From Actinomycetota bacterium (GTDB lineage: Bacteria > Actinomycetota > Geothermincolia > Fen-727 > JAQUKT01): DNA of 56,305 nt. The notes below the pieces were generated by a model. The model had not been told where the DNA came from. It ran no database searches and was given only the letters and a program-made list of their open reading frames with translations. Positions 39,342-48,612 of this stretch are shown piece by piece. Location: NCBI GenBank assembly GCA_028718945.1, contig JAQUKT010000004.1, forward strand, positions 1 to 56,305, read 5' to 3'. Made by a program: the position numbers and the translations under genes. Position 1 is the stretch's first letter. The number at the start of each line of letters is the position of its first letter.

Positions 39342-40258
39342 GTTACCGCTTTCCCGGGGTAATCCCCTTTTTTGCTCCGCATATGAGACTTGCGAATCCT
39401 AAACAGAATATTCAAAAACACAAGAAGAGTGAATCTAAGGCAGATGCCCATGAAAACGAGCAAACTCACAAATGGCTTGAGTGGACCATCGTAGGTTTTT
39501 CTGTGAAATCTGAACATGCTCCTGTGGTGATGGTATAACATTCTTACCGGAACAACTTCGCTACTCTTGCCGATGTGATGAGTTATTAGCGACTTGGGCG
39601 TGAAATAAACTTTCCACCCAGCTTCCCTTAGCCTCCAGCATATGTCCACATCCTCAACATACATGTGGTAATCCTCATCAAATCCACCGACATCATCAAA
39701 TGCCTTTCGCTTGAAGGCAATGAACGCGCCTGAAACCCAATCCACTTCCATTTCAGTTTCATGGTCACATTCCATCTTGCGATACTTTTTCGTGTATGGA
39801 TTCTCTGGTTTCAAAAGACCCAGGAACGCGTGAAAGAACGCGGTTTTGATATCGGGGAATTCCCTGCACGAATATTGAGTAGTTCCATCTGGATTCAATA
39901 CGGAAGGACCTGCCGCCCCGGCGTCTTTTCTTCTCCCAAAAACTTCAATAATCCCGGACACTGATTCTTTACCGAGTACAACATCGCTGTTCATGAAAAT
40001 CAAATAGTCACCGCGAGAAATCGAAAAACCCTGGTTGCATGCCTTCGCGTATCCTTCGTTTTTGACGCCCCACACGAGACTTGCCTCAGGAAAATCACCA
40101 AGAACCATTTCAGGGCTTCCATCCGAAGAATTGTTATCCACCACAATAATCTCGAGTTCGCCATCGAAATCCTGCTCTAAAAGAGAGCAAAGACACGTCC
40201 TCAAGTAATCCCTCGTGTTCCGATTGACTACTATTACGGATACAATTTCTCGACTCAC
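39338..40258 (-). CDS. Glycosyltransferase family 2 (WbbL-like)
   Basis: VDNNSSDG, NSD, WVSGA, GGFDE..MY.EDVD.C; GTG start at 40258. Confidence 0.9.
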   Translation of the reverse strand: MSREIVSVIVVNRNTRDYLRTCLCSLLEQDFDGELEIIVVDNNSSDGSPEMVLGDFPEASLVWGVKNEGYAKACNQGFSISRGDYLIFMNSDVVLGKESVSGIIEVFGRRKDAGAAGPSVLNPDGTTQYSCREFPDIKTAFFHAFLGLLKPENPYTKKYRKMECDHETEMEVDWVSGAFIAFKRKAFDDVGGFDEDYHMYVEDVDICWRLREAGWKVYFTPKSLITHHIGKSSEVVPVRMLYHHHRSMFRFHRKTYDGPLKPFVSLLVFMGICLRFTLLVFLNILFRIRKSHMRSKKGDYPGKAVT

Positions 40259-40263
40259 GCTAA

Positions 40264-40424
40264 GTGCTCCATCCCGTAAATACGATTGCATTCGATCGCC
40301 GATCCATCCGCAGAAGAGCGTTCCGCTCCCTCCGAGTACAACAGAAGTACGCGTCGGTCGTGCGCCTTGCGGGAGCGGCGCCTCGACGCTCTCGGTACGA
40401 CACCATATCTGTGGAACAGAACAC
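40264..40424. mobile_element. MITE-like element copy B (about 161 bp)
   Basis: TIR-like ends with CTAAG repeated at 40260-40264 and 40425-40429; closely similar to copy A. Confidence 0.8.
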
Positions 40425-41465
40425 CTAAGCTCCCTCTCTTTGCGCTATCATCTCTCCTCTTTCAAAAAGGTGCCTCTTTATCCAGCTCCTATAAGGAAAC
40501 GATTCGAACCAGATTTCCATCTCTCGTGGGGAAACAACCCTTTTCGATTGAATTATCCTCCGTTTCTTGAGTATCTTTGGAAGAAGTTTGACAACTTCCC
40601 AAAGTGAAAGAAGTGCCCTTGGGCAGCGAACAAGAAGTGCCCCACCCTTCAAGACTTCAGTCAAAACTATTCCAGGAAGGTTCTTCAGGAGATACCTTGC
40701 CGAGTCGTTCTTTATGATCATCAGATATCTATTCTTGTAATTGTGATACTCGACGAGCAGGGACTTTCTATATCCTGCCCCACCCCTCCTGTGATACGCA
40801 ATCGCATCAGGACGGTAAGCACATTTCCAGCCACGCATCCCAGCACGCCAGTCAAGGTCGAGGTCTTCCCAGAAGGCAAAAAAATCCTCGTCAAAATACT
40901 CTTCAAGCACCGCGACGTCATCGAGCATCTCACGCGAGTACATTGCCGCCGCGCCACAGGTGCCAAAAACAAATTCTGGCGCGTTGAAGAACCTACCTCC
41001 AGCCATTCCCTCACCACGGTTGACCGAAAGCCTGTTCCTGTAAATTATGTGCCCGGCAGAATCAATTACATTTCCCCTTTTTCCGGCAGGAAACCTCAAG
41101 AGCTTGCCGCTTGCGCTCCCCACTCGCGGCTCATCAAAAGCGTCCGCAAGTTTCGAGATAAAATCAGGCTCCAGCACAACATCGGGATTGAGCGACATGA
41201 CAAGTTCGCCTTTCGAAAGGCGAATTCCCTGATTCAAAGCGGGACTGAATCCGATGTTTTTCTCGTTTCTTATCAACCGGGAGCGATTCTTCCAGAAGTC
41301 TTCCTCGAGAATTTCGGTGAGTACTTCATACGAATTATCACTCGAACCATTATCTATTGCGATCAACTCAAGGTTTTCATAGTCTTGAGACTCTGCTGAA
41401 CCAATGCAACGAGCAAGGTCATGTGTGCTGTTGAAGTTGATCAGAACAATTGAAACGAGCTTCAT
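40425..41465 (-). CDS. Glycosyltransferase family 2
   Basis: IDNGSSD, LNPD, CGAAAMY, FDEDFFAFWEDLDL.WR; ATG at 41465 overlaps the upstream stop. Confidence 0.9.
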   Translation of the reverse strand: MKLVSIVLINFNSTHDLARCIGSAESQDYENLELIAIDNGSSDNSYEVLTEILEEDFWKNRSRLIRNEKNIGFSPALNQGIRLSKGELVMSLNPDVVLEPDFISKLADAFDEPRVGSASGKLLRFPAGKRGNVIDSAGHIIYRNRLSVNRGEGMAGGRFFNAPEFVFGTCGAAAMYSREMLDDVAVLEEYFDEDFFAFWEDLDLDWRAGMRGWKCAYRPDAIAYHRRGGAGYRKSLLVEYHNYKNRYLMIIKNDSARYLLKNLPGIVLTEVLKGGALLVRCPRALLSLWEVVKLLPKILKKRRIIQSKRVVSPREMEIWFESFPYRSWIKRHLFERGEMIAQREGA

Positions 41466-41944
41466 TTTTTGACTAAATCCCTGTCGGTACAGACTCTCAC
41501 CACTGCGTCTTTCCTCAAGCTTTGCTCCGAACTCTTCCTTGGCAACCCCTGCGCGGTTATGACAACCCCTATCACTATGAAAACAAGCCCAATCCAAGCC
41601 AGAGGACGAACCTCTTCTTTGAAGACGAACTTCGAATACAGAACAACCGCAATATAACCAGCAGCCACCATGGGATAGGCAACCGAAAGAGAAACACGGG
41701 AAAGCACTATGAGCCAGAAGACAGCAGATATGGCATAAAGCATGATTCCCGCGATTGCCCAAAGACCGTCCTTCAAAACCCTCTTTGCAAGTGAAAGGGG
41801 GTGAGCAAAATCACTTGACCTCAAGGGGTTCTCACCATTGTTGGTAACGGAGTTCATCCCCGCCTTCATGGCAAGCTGTCCAAAAACCGCAAGACCGATA
41901 CTCGTAATCAGCAAGACGGCAGTAATAAAAGTATCAGACATCAA
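41462..41944 (-). CDS. EamA/SMR-type small membrane transporter (ArnE/F-like flippase)
   Basis: Four TM helices; GQLAMK, LSVAYPM, FKE motifs; inside the glycan cluster. Confidence 0.8.
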   Translation of the reverse strand: MMSDTFITAVLLITSIGLAVFGQLAMKAGMNSVTNNGENPLRSSDFAHPLSLAKRVLKDGLWAIAGIMLYAISAVFWLIVLSRVSLSVAYPMVAAGYIAVVLYSKFVFKEEVRPLAWIGLVFIVIGVVITAQGLPRKSSEQSLRKDAVVRVCTDRDLVKK

Positions 41945-42007
41945 TCCCCCTTTTCAAGAATTCTCTCCGCTTTCCCCGCTTTATACAAAGAACAACGAAT
42001 AAGTAAG

Positions 42008-42072
42008 CAGGTCTTTCAACTAATCAACAAATCTGCACTTGATGAAATGTGTTATTGCAAGACCTGACCCCC
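42008..42072. repeat. REP-like copy with degenerate inverted partner
   Basis: AAATGTGTTATTGCAAGACCTGACCCC at 42045-42071; CAGGTCTTTCAA at 42008-42019. Confidence 0.8.
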
Positions 42073-42080
42073 TGGCCCCC

Positions 42081-42761
42081 TCAAAATCTGTATTTGATGA
42101 GCGCCAACAGAGCGCCTATGCCATTCTTCCAGGTTATTTTCTTGCCCTCCCAGTATTCTCTTCCGGCATACGAAATCGGAACCTCATATATTCTAATTCC
42201 CTTTTTGAGCAGTTTCGCGGTTATCTCTGGCTCGAACTCAAATCTGTCTGACTCTATCTCAATCCCGGAAAGCGCCTCCCGCGTGAAAAACTTGTAACCC
42301 GTTTCCATGTCGGTAAGGGTTGTGTTGAATAGAATATTTGTCACCAGGCTCAAGAACTTGTTTCCAACCATGTGCCAGAAAAACATATTCCTGTGTTCGC
42401 CAGTAAACCTCGACCCATATACAACTTCAGCCTTCTTCTTCAAGATTGGCGTCAAAAGCGTTTTGTAGTCCTCGGGGTCGTATTCGAGGTCCGCGTCCTG
42501 AATGATAATCAACTCGCCGGTGGTTTGAGGAAGAGCGGTCCTTATCGCCGCTCCCTTCCCCTCATTTTTCCTCTTGTATATGACCCTTGTGGTTGAATCC
42601 TCCTCCAACCTCAATATGTCGGAAGTCCCATCATCAGAACCGTCATCAACCACAACAATTTCTTTCTCTATGGGTCCAAGGTCAACCGTGCGAACTCTTC
42701 TCAATATTTCCTGTATTGTTCTTCTTTCATTGTATGCAGGGACTATGATTGATAATTTCAC
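42081..42761 (-). CDS. Glycosyltransferase family 2 (polyprenol-phosphate glycosyltransferase, DPM1-like)
   Basis: PAYNE, VDDGS.DGT, N.GKG, QDADLEYDP.D, VYGSRF, DMETGYK. Confidence 0.92.
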   Translation of the reverse strand: MKLSIIVPAYNERRTIQEILRRVRTVDLGPIEKEIVVVDDGSDDGTSDILRLEEDSTTRVIYKRKNEGKGAAIRTALPQTTGELIIIQDADLEYDPEDYKTLLTPILKKKAEVVYGSRFTGEHRNMFFWHMVGNKFLSLVTNILFNTTLTDMETGYKFFTREALSGIEIESDRFEFEPEITAKLLKKGIRIYEVPISYAGREYWEGKKITWKNGIGALLALIKYRF

Positions 42762-44053
42762 CTTCCCACTCCCTCATAAACAAAACCAAGTTTTCTCAGC
42801 ACCTGAGGGTCGAGGCAATTCCTCGCGTCAACAACAACAGGTGAAGCCATTGTCTTTTTGATCCTCGAGAAGTCCAGCCACTTGAACTCGTCCCACCCGG
42901 CAAGAAAAACAAGAATAGATGAGCCCTCCGCGACTTCATAAGCGTCAGACGCAAATGAAACACCCGCTCCTTCGAGTTCGGCCGTGGCGTTCTCCATCGC
43001 CTTGGGGTCATAGGCTTTAATGATTGCTCCTCTTTCAGCCATCATCCTGGTTATCTTCACCGCCGGTGATTCCCTCACATCATCAGTATTCGCCTTGAAA
43101 GCAAGACCGAGAACACCTATTCTCTTCCCTTCGAGATCACCAACTGCCTTCACTACTTTGTCAACAATCCTTTTGTGCTGCTCTTCATTCACATCGAGCA
43201 CACCCTCCAAGAGCTTGAAATGATAACCATGATCCTTCGAAATCTTTATGAGCGCGCGGCAATCCTTCGGAAAGCACGAACCGCCAAAACCAGGACCGGG
43301 CTTCAGGAATTCGAAACCGATTCTTGGGTCATACCCCATGCCAAGTGCAACCTCCCGAACATCGGCTCCGACAACCTCGCAAATGTTGGCGATTGCATTT
43401 ATATAAGATACCTTTGTCGCCAGAAAAGAATTCGAAGCGTACTTTATCATTTCAGCGCTCACCGGGTCGGTCACAAGAAGAGGAGCATCTATTTCTCTGT
43501 ATAGTTCTGTCATTAGCATTATCGCTTTTTGAGAATCGCTTCCAATGACTATTCTTGATGGATTCATGAAGTCCGAGACCGAGGTCCCCTCGCGCAAAAA
43601 CTCTGGATTGGAAACAACATCAAACTCGTGATACTCCTCCATACATTCTTTAATCAGTCTCTCCACCCGCCTGGTAGTCCCAACCGGGACAGTGCTCTTG
43701 TTGACCACCACCCTGTAGGAATCAATGGAGCGCGCAATCTCTCTTGAAACCTCGTCCAAATGTGTGAGGTCCGCTCCTCCAGAATCATCGGAAGGAGTAT
43801 CAACGGTGATGAAAACAAATAGGCTCTCTCGAACAGCCTCCCTTATATCCGTTGTAAATGAAAGTCTTCCGCTTTTCAGGTTTGCGCGCACCAGGTTTTC
43901 GAGTTCTGCTTCATAAATCGGCACATGAGCCTTTGAAAGATCCTCTATTTTGCTCGAGTCACGGTCAACGCAAATAACAGAGTGCCCCAATTCGGCAAGG
44001 CACGCGCCCGTCACCAGACCCACATAACCAGTCCCAACTACCGCGCATTCCAT
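42758..44053 (-). CDS. ugd: UDP-glucose/GDP-mannose 6-dehydrogenase
   Basis: GTGYVG, KSTVPVGT, NPEFLREG, GFGGSCFPKD, GLAFK. Confidence 0.94.
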   Translation of the reverse strand: MECAVVGTGYVGLVTGACLAELGHSVICVDRDSSKIEDLSKAHVPIYEAELENLVRANLKSGRLSFTTDIREAVRESLFVFITVDTPSDDSGGADLTHLDEVSREIARSIDSYRVVVNKSTVPVGTTRRVERLIKECMEEYHEFDVVSNPEFLREGTSVSDFMNPSRIVIGSDSQKAIMLMTELYREIDAPLLVTDPVSAEMIKYASNSFLATKVSYINAIANICEVVGADVREVALGMGYDPRIGFEFLKPGPGFGGSCFPKDCRALIKISKDHGYHFKLLEGVLDVNEEQHKRIVDKVVKAVGDLEGKRIGVLGLAFKANTDDVRESPAVKITRMMAERGAIIKAYDPKAMENATAELEGAGVSFASDAYEVAEGSSILVFLAGWDEFKWLDFSRIKKTMASPVVVDARNCLDPQVLRKLGFVYEGVGR

Positions 44054-44095
44054 GACAAGAATCCCTCTTTACTACTTGCTCTTCCTACCACTGAT

Positions 44096-44620
44096 TTATT
44101 CAACCACCTCTTGAAACAATGTTTCCTCTTCATCATCAAGAACTGGCTTGATCTTTCCCGCAAGACCATCGCGAATAGCAGCCCTTGCAAGTCTGTCGCA
44201 GGCAACATTGCTTTCTCTTGGAACATGCTGGACAAGAACTTCTGAATACCCCTCAATGAGCGACTTGATTTTCGCCACGAGAGGTCGCAGGGATTTGCTC
44301 TTTACCTTGAAGCCTCCGATAACCTGCTTTGTTAGAAGTTCGCTGTCAGTAAGTATTTTCAAGTTTTCAAAACCGAGTTCTCTCGCTTGCTCGAGTATAG
44401 CAATCAAAGCATGATACTCCGCAACATTGTTTGTCGCCCTGCCAAGGTATCTCGACACTTCCGCAAGAACGTTCCCCTCCTCATCGAGTGCCAATCCGCC
44501 GATACCAGCGGGCCCGGGGTTCCCGCTGGATGCCCCGTCGCTCATTACAACAAGCCATCTTTTCTCGCCGGAAGAGGCCTCAGAGCTGCTTGAAACTTTT
44601 TCTCTCCCCCCATCGCTCAT
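44096..44620 (-). CDS. rnhA: Ribonuclease HI
   Basis: SDGASSGNPG, TNNVAEY, TDSEL, HVPRESN..D.LA. Confidence 0.92.
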   Translation of the reverse strand: MSDGGREKVSSSSEASSGEKRWLVVMSDGASSGNPGPAGIGGLALDEEGNVLAEVSRYLGRATNNVAEYHALIAILEQARELGFENLKILTDSELLTKQVIGGFKVKSKSLRPLVAKIKSLIEGYSEVLVQHVPRESNVACDRLARAAIRDGLAGKIKPVLDDEEETLFQEVVE

Positions 44621-45336
44621 TTTACGAGTATCCTTCTGCAATGTTCGCACCTGAAAATTCCTTCTTCATGCTGAATCCTATCTATCTGTGAGCCAGTGAA
44701 TTGAATGTGGCATCCCCCACAATTCTTTCCCTGCTCAATTCTCACAACCGCAACTCCGCCCCTGGTTTTGAGAAGCTGCTCATACTCCTCGACAAGTTCT
44801 TTATCAATCTTTTCCTTCAATGAATCTTTTTCACCTTCAAGCAAACTGATTTCATCCTCTTTCTGAGCAAGCTCCTCGTCATGCTTCTTCCTGTTCGAAT
44901 TCTCCTCGTCCTCTACATCGCGCAAGATTCTCTTTGCGCCCTCTAATTCCTCATTCAAGGAATCAATTGACTCCATCAATTCGAGATCTTGCGTTTCGAG
45001 TTCATCCGTCCTTTTCCTTAAATGAAGAACCTCCGCCTGGACGCCCTGTAATTCCTTCGGATTCATTATCGTTCCGTTGAAAAGTTTTCCCTCCTCTTCT
45101 TTTACCTTTATCGAAAGAGTTTCAATCTCCTGGTCAAGCTTGTGCTGAGCCTGCATCATGTCTCTCAGTTTCTCCTGTTTTTCATCTAAGATTTTCCTTT
45201 TCCCCTCGCAATCCGAAGAAAGCTCCTTTAGGCGCCACTTTTCCGGAAGAGCCTCAATCTCCTTCCTCAATACAAATATTTTTGAATCAATTTTCTGCAG
45301 TTCAAAAAGTTTCTCAGTCTCTTCCTGAGGCGTCAT
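44617..45336 (-). CDS. Coiled-coil C4 zinc-ribbon protein (DUF164/CT398-like)
   Basis: LQKIDS, long coiled coil, CGGC..CEHC..IL; adjacent to rnhA as in Actinomycetota. Confidence 0.88.
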   Translation of the reverse strand: MTPQEETEKLFELQKIDSKIFVLRKEIEALPEKWRLKELSSDCEGKRKILDEKQEKLRDMMQAQHKLDQEIETLSIKVKEEEGKLFNGTIMNPKELQGVQAEVLHLRKRTDELETQDLELMESIDSLNEELEGAKRILRDVEDEENSNRKKHDEELAQKEDEISLLEGEKDSLKEKIDKELVEEYEQLLKTRGGVAVVRIEQGKNCGGCHIQFTGSQIDRIQHEEGIFRCEHCRRILVK

Positions 45337-45357
45337 TTCACCTCTTTTTCATACATG

Positions 45358-45519
45358 GCGCACCGTCCCATGGGTACCCTAACATTTGAGCGCACCCGCA
45401 TCCACTATAGCCTCAAAGTGCTCCCTCGCCATACATCCGTAAGCCTTCGGTCGCGAGCCTTGCTGGCTGGGCGCGGAATGACACCGTCGGTGCGTCAACC
45501 TACCTGTGGGACTGTGCGC
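45358..45519. mobile_element. MITE-like element copy C (162 bp)
   Basis: TIRs GCGCACCGTCCCA / TGGGACTGTGCGC; reverse-complement homolog of 48400-48561. Confidence 0.8.
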
Positions 45520-45643
45520 TAAATATTCATTTTTTTTCATCGGCTTCGCCGGTTTCCTTTATGAACGTTCGACCTGAAAATCAAGAATGTCATCAACAGT
45601 TGTCATTTGACCCCGCAATCCTTCAACATCAAATCCAATTTTA

Positions 45644-46171
45644 TCAACCGACAAAAAGTTTCCACAGAAAACTATTCTTCCCGACAAGCGACACAACCAC
45701 TGTTACAATAACTCCGGCTCCAAGAACCCCTAAGAATATCCAGAATAGAGCCTTCTTGAACGGAATATCGAAAATAAATGCTCCCACCGAACCCGTCCAG
45801 GCACCGGTTACCGGGAGCGGAATCGCAACGAAGATGGCAAGCGCGACTTCCGCATAGAGTTCGTATTTCTTCTCGAGTTTCCGCCGGGTTCTCTCAAAAA
45901 GCCAGTTGAAGAAGCGCTCCATAGTCCTTGAGTGCCTCGACAGCCATCGTGAGATTGGTTCAAGGCAAAGAATGATTATTGGAACTGGAATCATGTTTCC
46001 AATAATTGAAAAAACAAATGCCTTCCACATTGGTAAGTGAAAGGATTGATTGGCAATTGGAATTGAGCCCCTCAACTCCGCAAGAGGCATCATTGCAATC
46101 AAAACTGTAGCTATCTCATGATTTATGTGGCTAAACCATTCGGCCCAGTTAAATGCGCAAAACAATTTCAT
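45644..46171 (-). CDS. COG2426 / small multi-drug export family membrane protein
   Basis: P.AELRGSIP, GN.IPVP, FVAIPLPVTGAWTG. Confidence 0.88.
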   Translation of the reverse strand: MKLFCAFNWAEWFSHINHEIATVLIAMMPLAELRGSIPIANQSFHLPMWKAFVFSIIGNMIPVPIIILCLEPISRWLSRHSRTMERFFNWLFERTRRKLEKKYELYAEVALAIFVAIPLPVTGAWTGSVGAFIFDIPFKKALFWIFLGVLGAGVIVTVVVSLVGKNSFLWKLFVG

Positions 46172-46282
46172 TCCCCCTCATCTATTACGTCAAATTCGCA
46201 TCAAATTGTTGCAAATCCTTCAAAGCAAGCGTCTTTAGAAAAGTCAAACCGAATAATACACGAATATCTTGCGCTGATGTAG

Positions 46283-46297
46283 GGGGGTCTGACCCCC
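46283..46297. repeat. GGGGGTCTGACCCCC palindrome (REP-like)
   Basis: Palindrome sharing CTGACCCC with the REP-like family, directly after the gene stop. Confidence 0.6.
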
Positions 46298-46300
46298 TCT

Positions 46301-47350
46301 CTACATTTCCATCTTCGACGCAAGGGTGCGCGCGACTTCCTCTGCCTCCCTTACTGTTCTCTCCAAGAGTTCAGAGACCGTGGGAACATCATCAATCAAT
46401 CCCATTACCTGACCTGCCGGCAGAACACCGTGCTCGACATCGCCATTTTCAGTGGCAACTCTTATTGATTCGAACGAGTTAGCCATGTAAGCAAGCTGCC
46501 TTGCGTTGCTCCATCCAGAAGCAAGAACCCCGATAAAGAGTTTCCAGTAAGGAAGTTTGAGCATATCAGCTATGGTTTTGGAATATGGTATGGCCTTCAG
46601 CATTCCTACCAGCCCCATGCCTCTTCCTACGGACTTCCTCGCGGCAGGCGTATCGAGCACCCTGCACCACATGCCATCGAATTTCCTCGAGTAAATCGTG
46701 TCATAGACACCCTTTTCGAGAGAAAGTTTCTTGAAATTCTCATGGAGCGGGCTTTCCACTGTAGTCATCAGTCTTGTCCCCATTGCAACACCCTCAGCAC
46801 CAAGCGCAAGAGCGGCAGCAAGTCCGCGCCCATCGCCTATTCCTCCAGCGGCAATCACGGGGATTTCAAGTGCGGAAGCAAGAGAAGGAACAAGGCAGAA
46901 TGTGGTTGGAAACTCGCCGTGCGCCGCCGCCTCATTCCCTGTCGCTATTACAGCGTGGCAACCGTAGTCCTGCGCTCTTTTTGCGTGCCTCAAGTTCGTT
47001 ACGGTTGCTATCACTTTCCCGCCATACTCGCTTGCGGCTTTCACAATCCAGTCGCCCTTTCCAAGCGAGAAGTTGATAACAGGCAACTTCTCCTCAATAC
47101 AAACCTTTGCGTTCTCAGCGGCACCCGGGAAAAGCAGCGAAGCATTTGCGCCAAATGGCTTATCCGTGAGCTCTCTTATCCTATGAATGGCTTTCCTTGT
47201 GGCTTCCGCGTCGAGAACCCCGGTAGCAAGAATCCCGAGGCCACCAGCATTAGAAACCGCAGCCACCATCTCAGGCACGCTGATCCAGCTCATTCCCGAA
47301 AGAAGAACTGGATATTTGATTCCAAACATTTCAGTTATGCGCGTTTTCAT
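46301..47350 (-). CDS. Nitronate monooxygenase / FabK-like flavoprotein
   Basis: AVSNAGGLG, EAAAH, IPVIAAGGIGDGRG, GVAMGTR, AGQV.GLI. Confidence 0.9.
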   Translation of the reverse strand: MKTRITEMFGIKYPVLLSGMSWISVPEMVAAVSNAGGLGILATGVLDAEATRKAIHRIRELTDKPFGANASLLFPGAAENAKVCIEEKLPVINFSLGKGDWIVKAASEYGGKVIATVTNLRHAKRAQDYGCHAVIATGNEAAAHGEFPTTFCLVPSLASALEIPVIAAGGIGDGRGLAAALALGAEGVAMGTRLMTTVESPLHENFKKLSLEKGVYDTIYSRKFDGMWCRVLDTPAARKSVGRGMGLVGMLKAIPYSKTIADMLKLPYWKLFIGVLASGWSNARQLAYMANSFESIRVATENGDVEHGVLPAGQVMGLIDDVPTVSELLERTVREAEEVARTLASKMEM

Positions 47351-47570
47351 GCAAGCCCCCTTTCAAATCCACTACAAAAAAGAAATATGCAAGTTCAAAG
47401 CCCGTACGTTTCATGCAAACGAAAAGAATCACGCGCTAAGAATATATCATTCTTTTGCGCTCTTTTCTTCGGGATTCTTGAGGGATGTCGATAAAGCATT
47501 GCGAAAATCGAAAAAAGATTGTAATCTCGAAAACGATTTAGAAAGCATATCTCTCAAGAGGAAGTCAATA

Positions 47571-48293
47571 ATGTACTGCCCCAAATGCGGTAAGCAAATC
47601 GAGGCCGGAAGTCGCTTCTGCCCTAACTGCGGAAACGCCTTGCAAGAGGAACATGCACACATTCCAGAAGTCAGCACAGGAAATCAAAAAAAAGGAAATG
47701 GTCTGAAGATAGCGGTCATTGTTCTCGCGGCGATAATCGTTCTCGGGGGAATTGCGGCTGGAATCACAATCTCTTCTATCTCAAAGAACGAGAAAGAACC
47801 AAAAGAAGAGCCGAAAAAAGTGGAAGAAACCTTACTCGAAGCAAAGGAAAGGGCAAGAAAAAAGCTCCTCGAGGCAGATGCGCTCGTGCAAGAACTTTCT
47901 TCTCAAGGCGTTGATGTAAGCGCCTACACAGAGGAAGTCGCCGATGCTGAATTCGAACTCGAAGGAGCCACAAGCATCGAGGAGGCAAACGAAGTCTACG
48001 AGATATGTGAGAACATAATTGAAAATTGTAATGAACTGAAAAGCGAAGAAGGCAAGCCCAACAATGAAGATGTTTGCAGGCAGAATCAGAAGATCCTCTA
48101 CGATGCTCTAAAAGCCTACTATGAGAAAAATGGAAACTATCCTGATCAGTTTGAGTATCTCGTTCAGGAAGGATTCCTCGATTCTATCCCCAAATGCCCG
48201 GACGGCGGAACCTACGATTATTTTGTCAACTACGATGTTACGCCCGAACAGTTGAGCGTAAGCTGCAGCGTGCACGGGCAGTTGTATCCATGA
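47571..48293 (+). CDS. Zinc-ribbon membrane protein with C-terminal pilin/pseudopilin-head-like domain
   Basis: YCPKC..CPNC, TM helix, helical linker, then C..NQK.L..AL..Y....G.YP..F..LV..G.L...PKCP.GG.Y...C..HG. Confidence 0.7.
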   Translation: MYCPKCGKQIEAGSRFCPNCGNALQEEHAHIPEVSTGNQKKGNGLKIAVIVLAAIIVLGGIAAGITISSISKNEKEPKEEPKKVEETLLEAKERARKKLLEADALVQELSSQGVDVSAYTEEVADAEFELEGATSIEEANEVYEICENIIENCNELKSEEGKPNNEDVCRQNQKILYDALKAYYEKNGNYPDQFEYLVQEGFLDSIPKCPDGGTYDYFVNYDVTPEQLSVSCSVHGQLYP

Positions 48294-48399
48294 CGTTTTT
48301 AGAAAAAGGGCATTCTTCAAATCTTCTGCCAAATTTAATGTTAGAAGCCGCATCGGAGTAATAAGAACGAGTTTCGTTCCATGCCCTCACAGCACTCTA

Positions 48400-48561
48400 A
48401 TACACCGTCTCACAGGTAGGTTGATGCACCGAGAGTGGCGTTACGCGCCGAGTCAGCAAGACTCCTGACCAAGGCGCATGAGGATGTACGTCGAGGGAGC
48501 ACTTTGAGGCTATAGTGGATGCGGGGCGCTCGAATGTTAGGGTATCTATGAGACAGCGCAC
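48400..48561. mobile_element. MITE-like element copy D (162 bp)
   Basis: TA-flanked imperfect TIRs; homolog of copies C and E. Confidence 0.8.
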
Positions 48562-48612
48562 TAATACCGCCGATAACCGCGGTACTTTACACAATGCCTC
48601 TCCAGCGTTAAA

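Noticed and set aside
44054-45643. RNase P RNA expected near DUF164-rnhA (and tmRNA near ftsEX)
   Set aside because: I could not find the conserved GAGGAAAGTCC or tmRNA terminal motifs in the intergenic regions.
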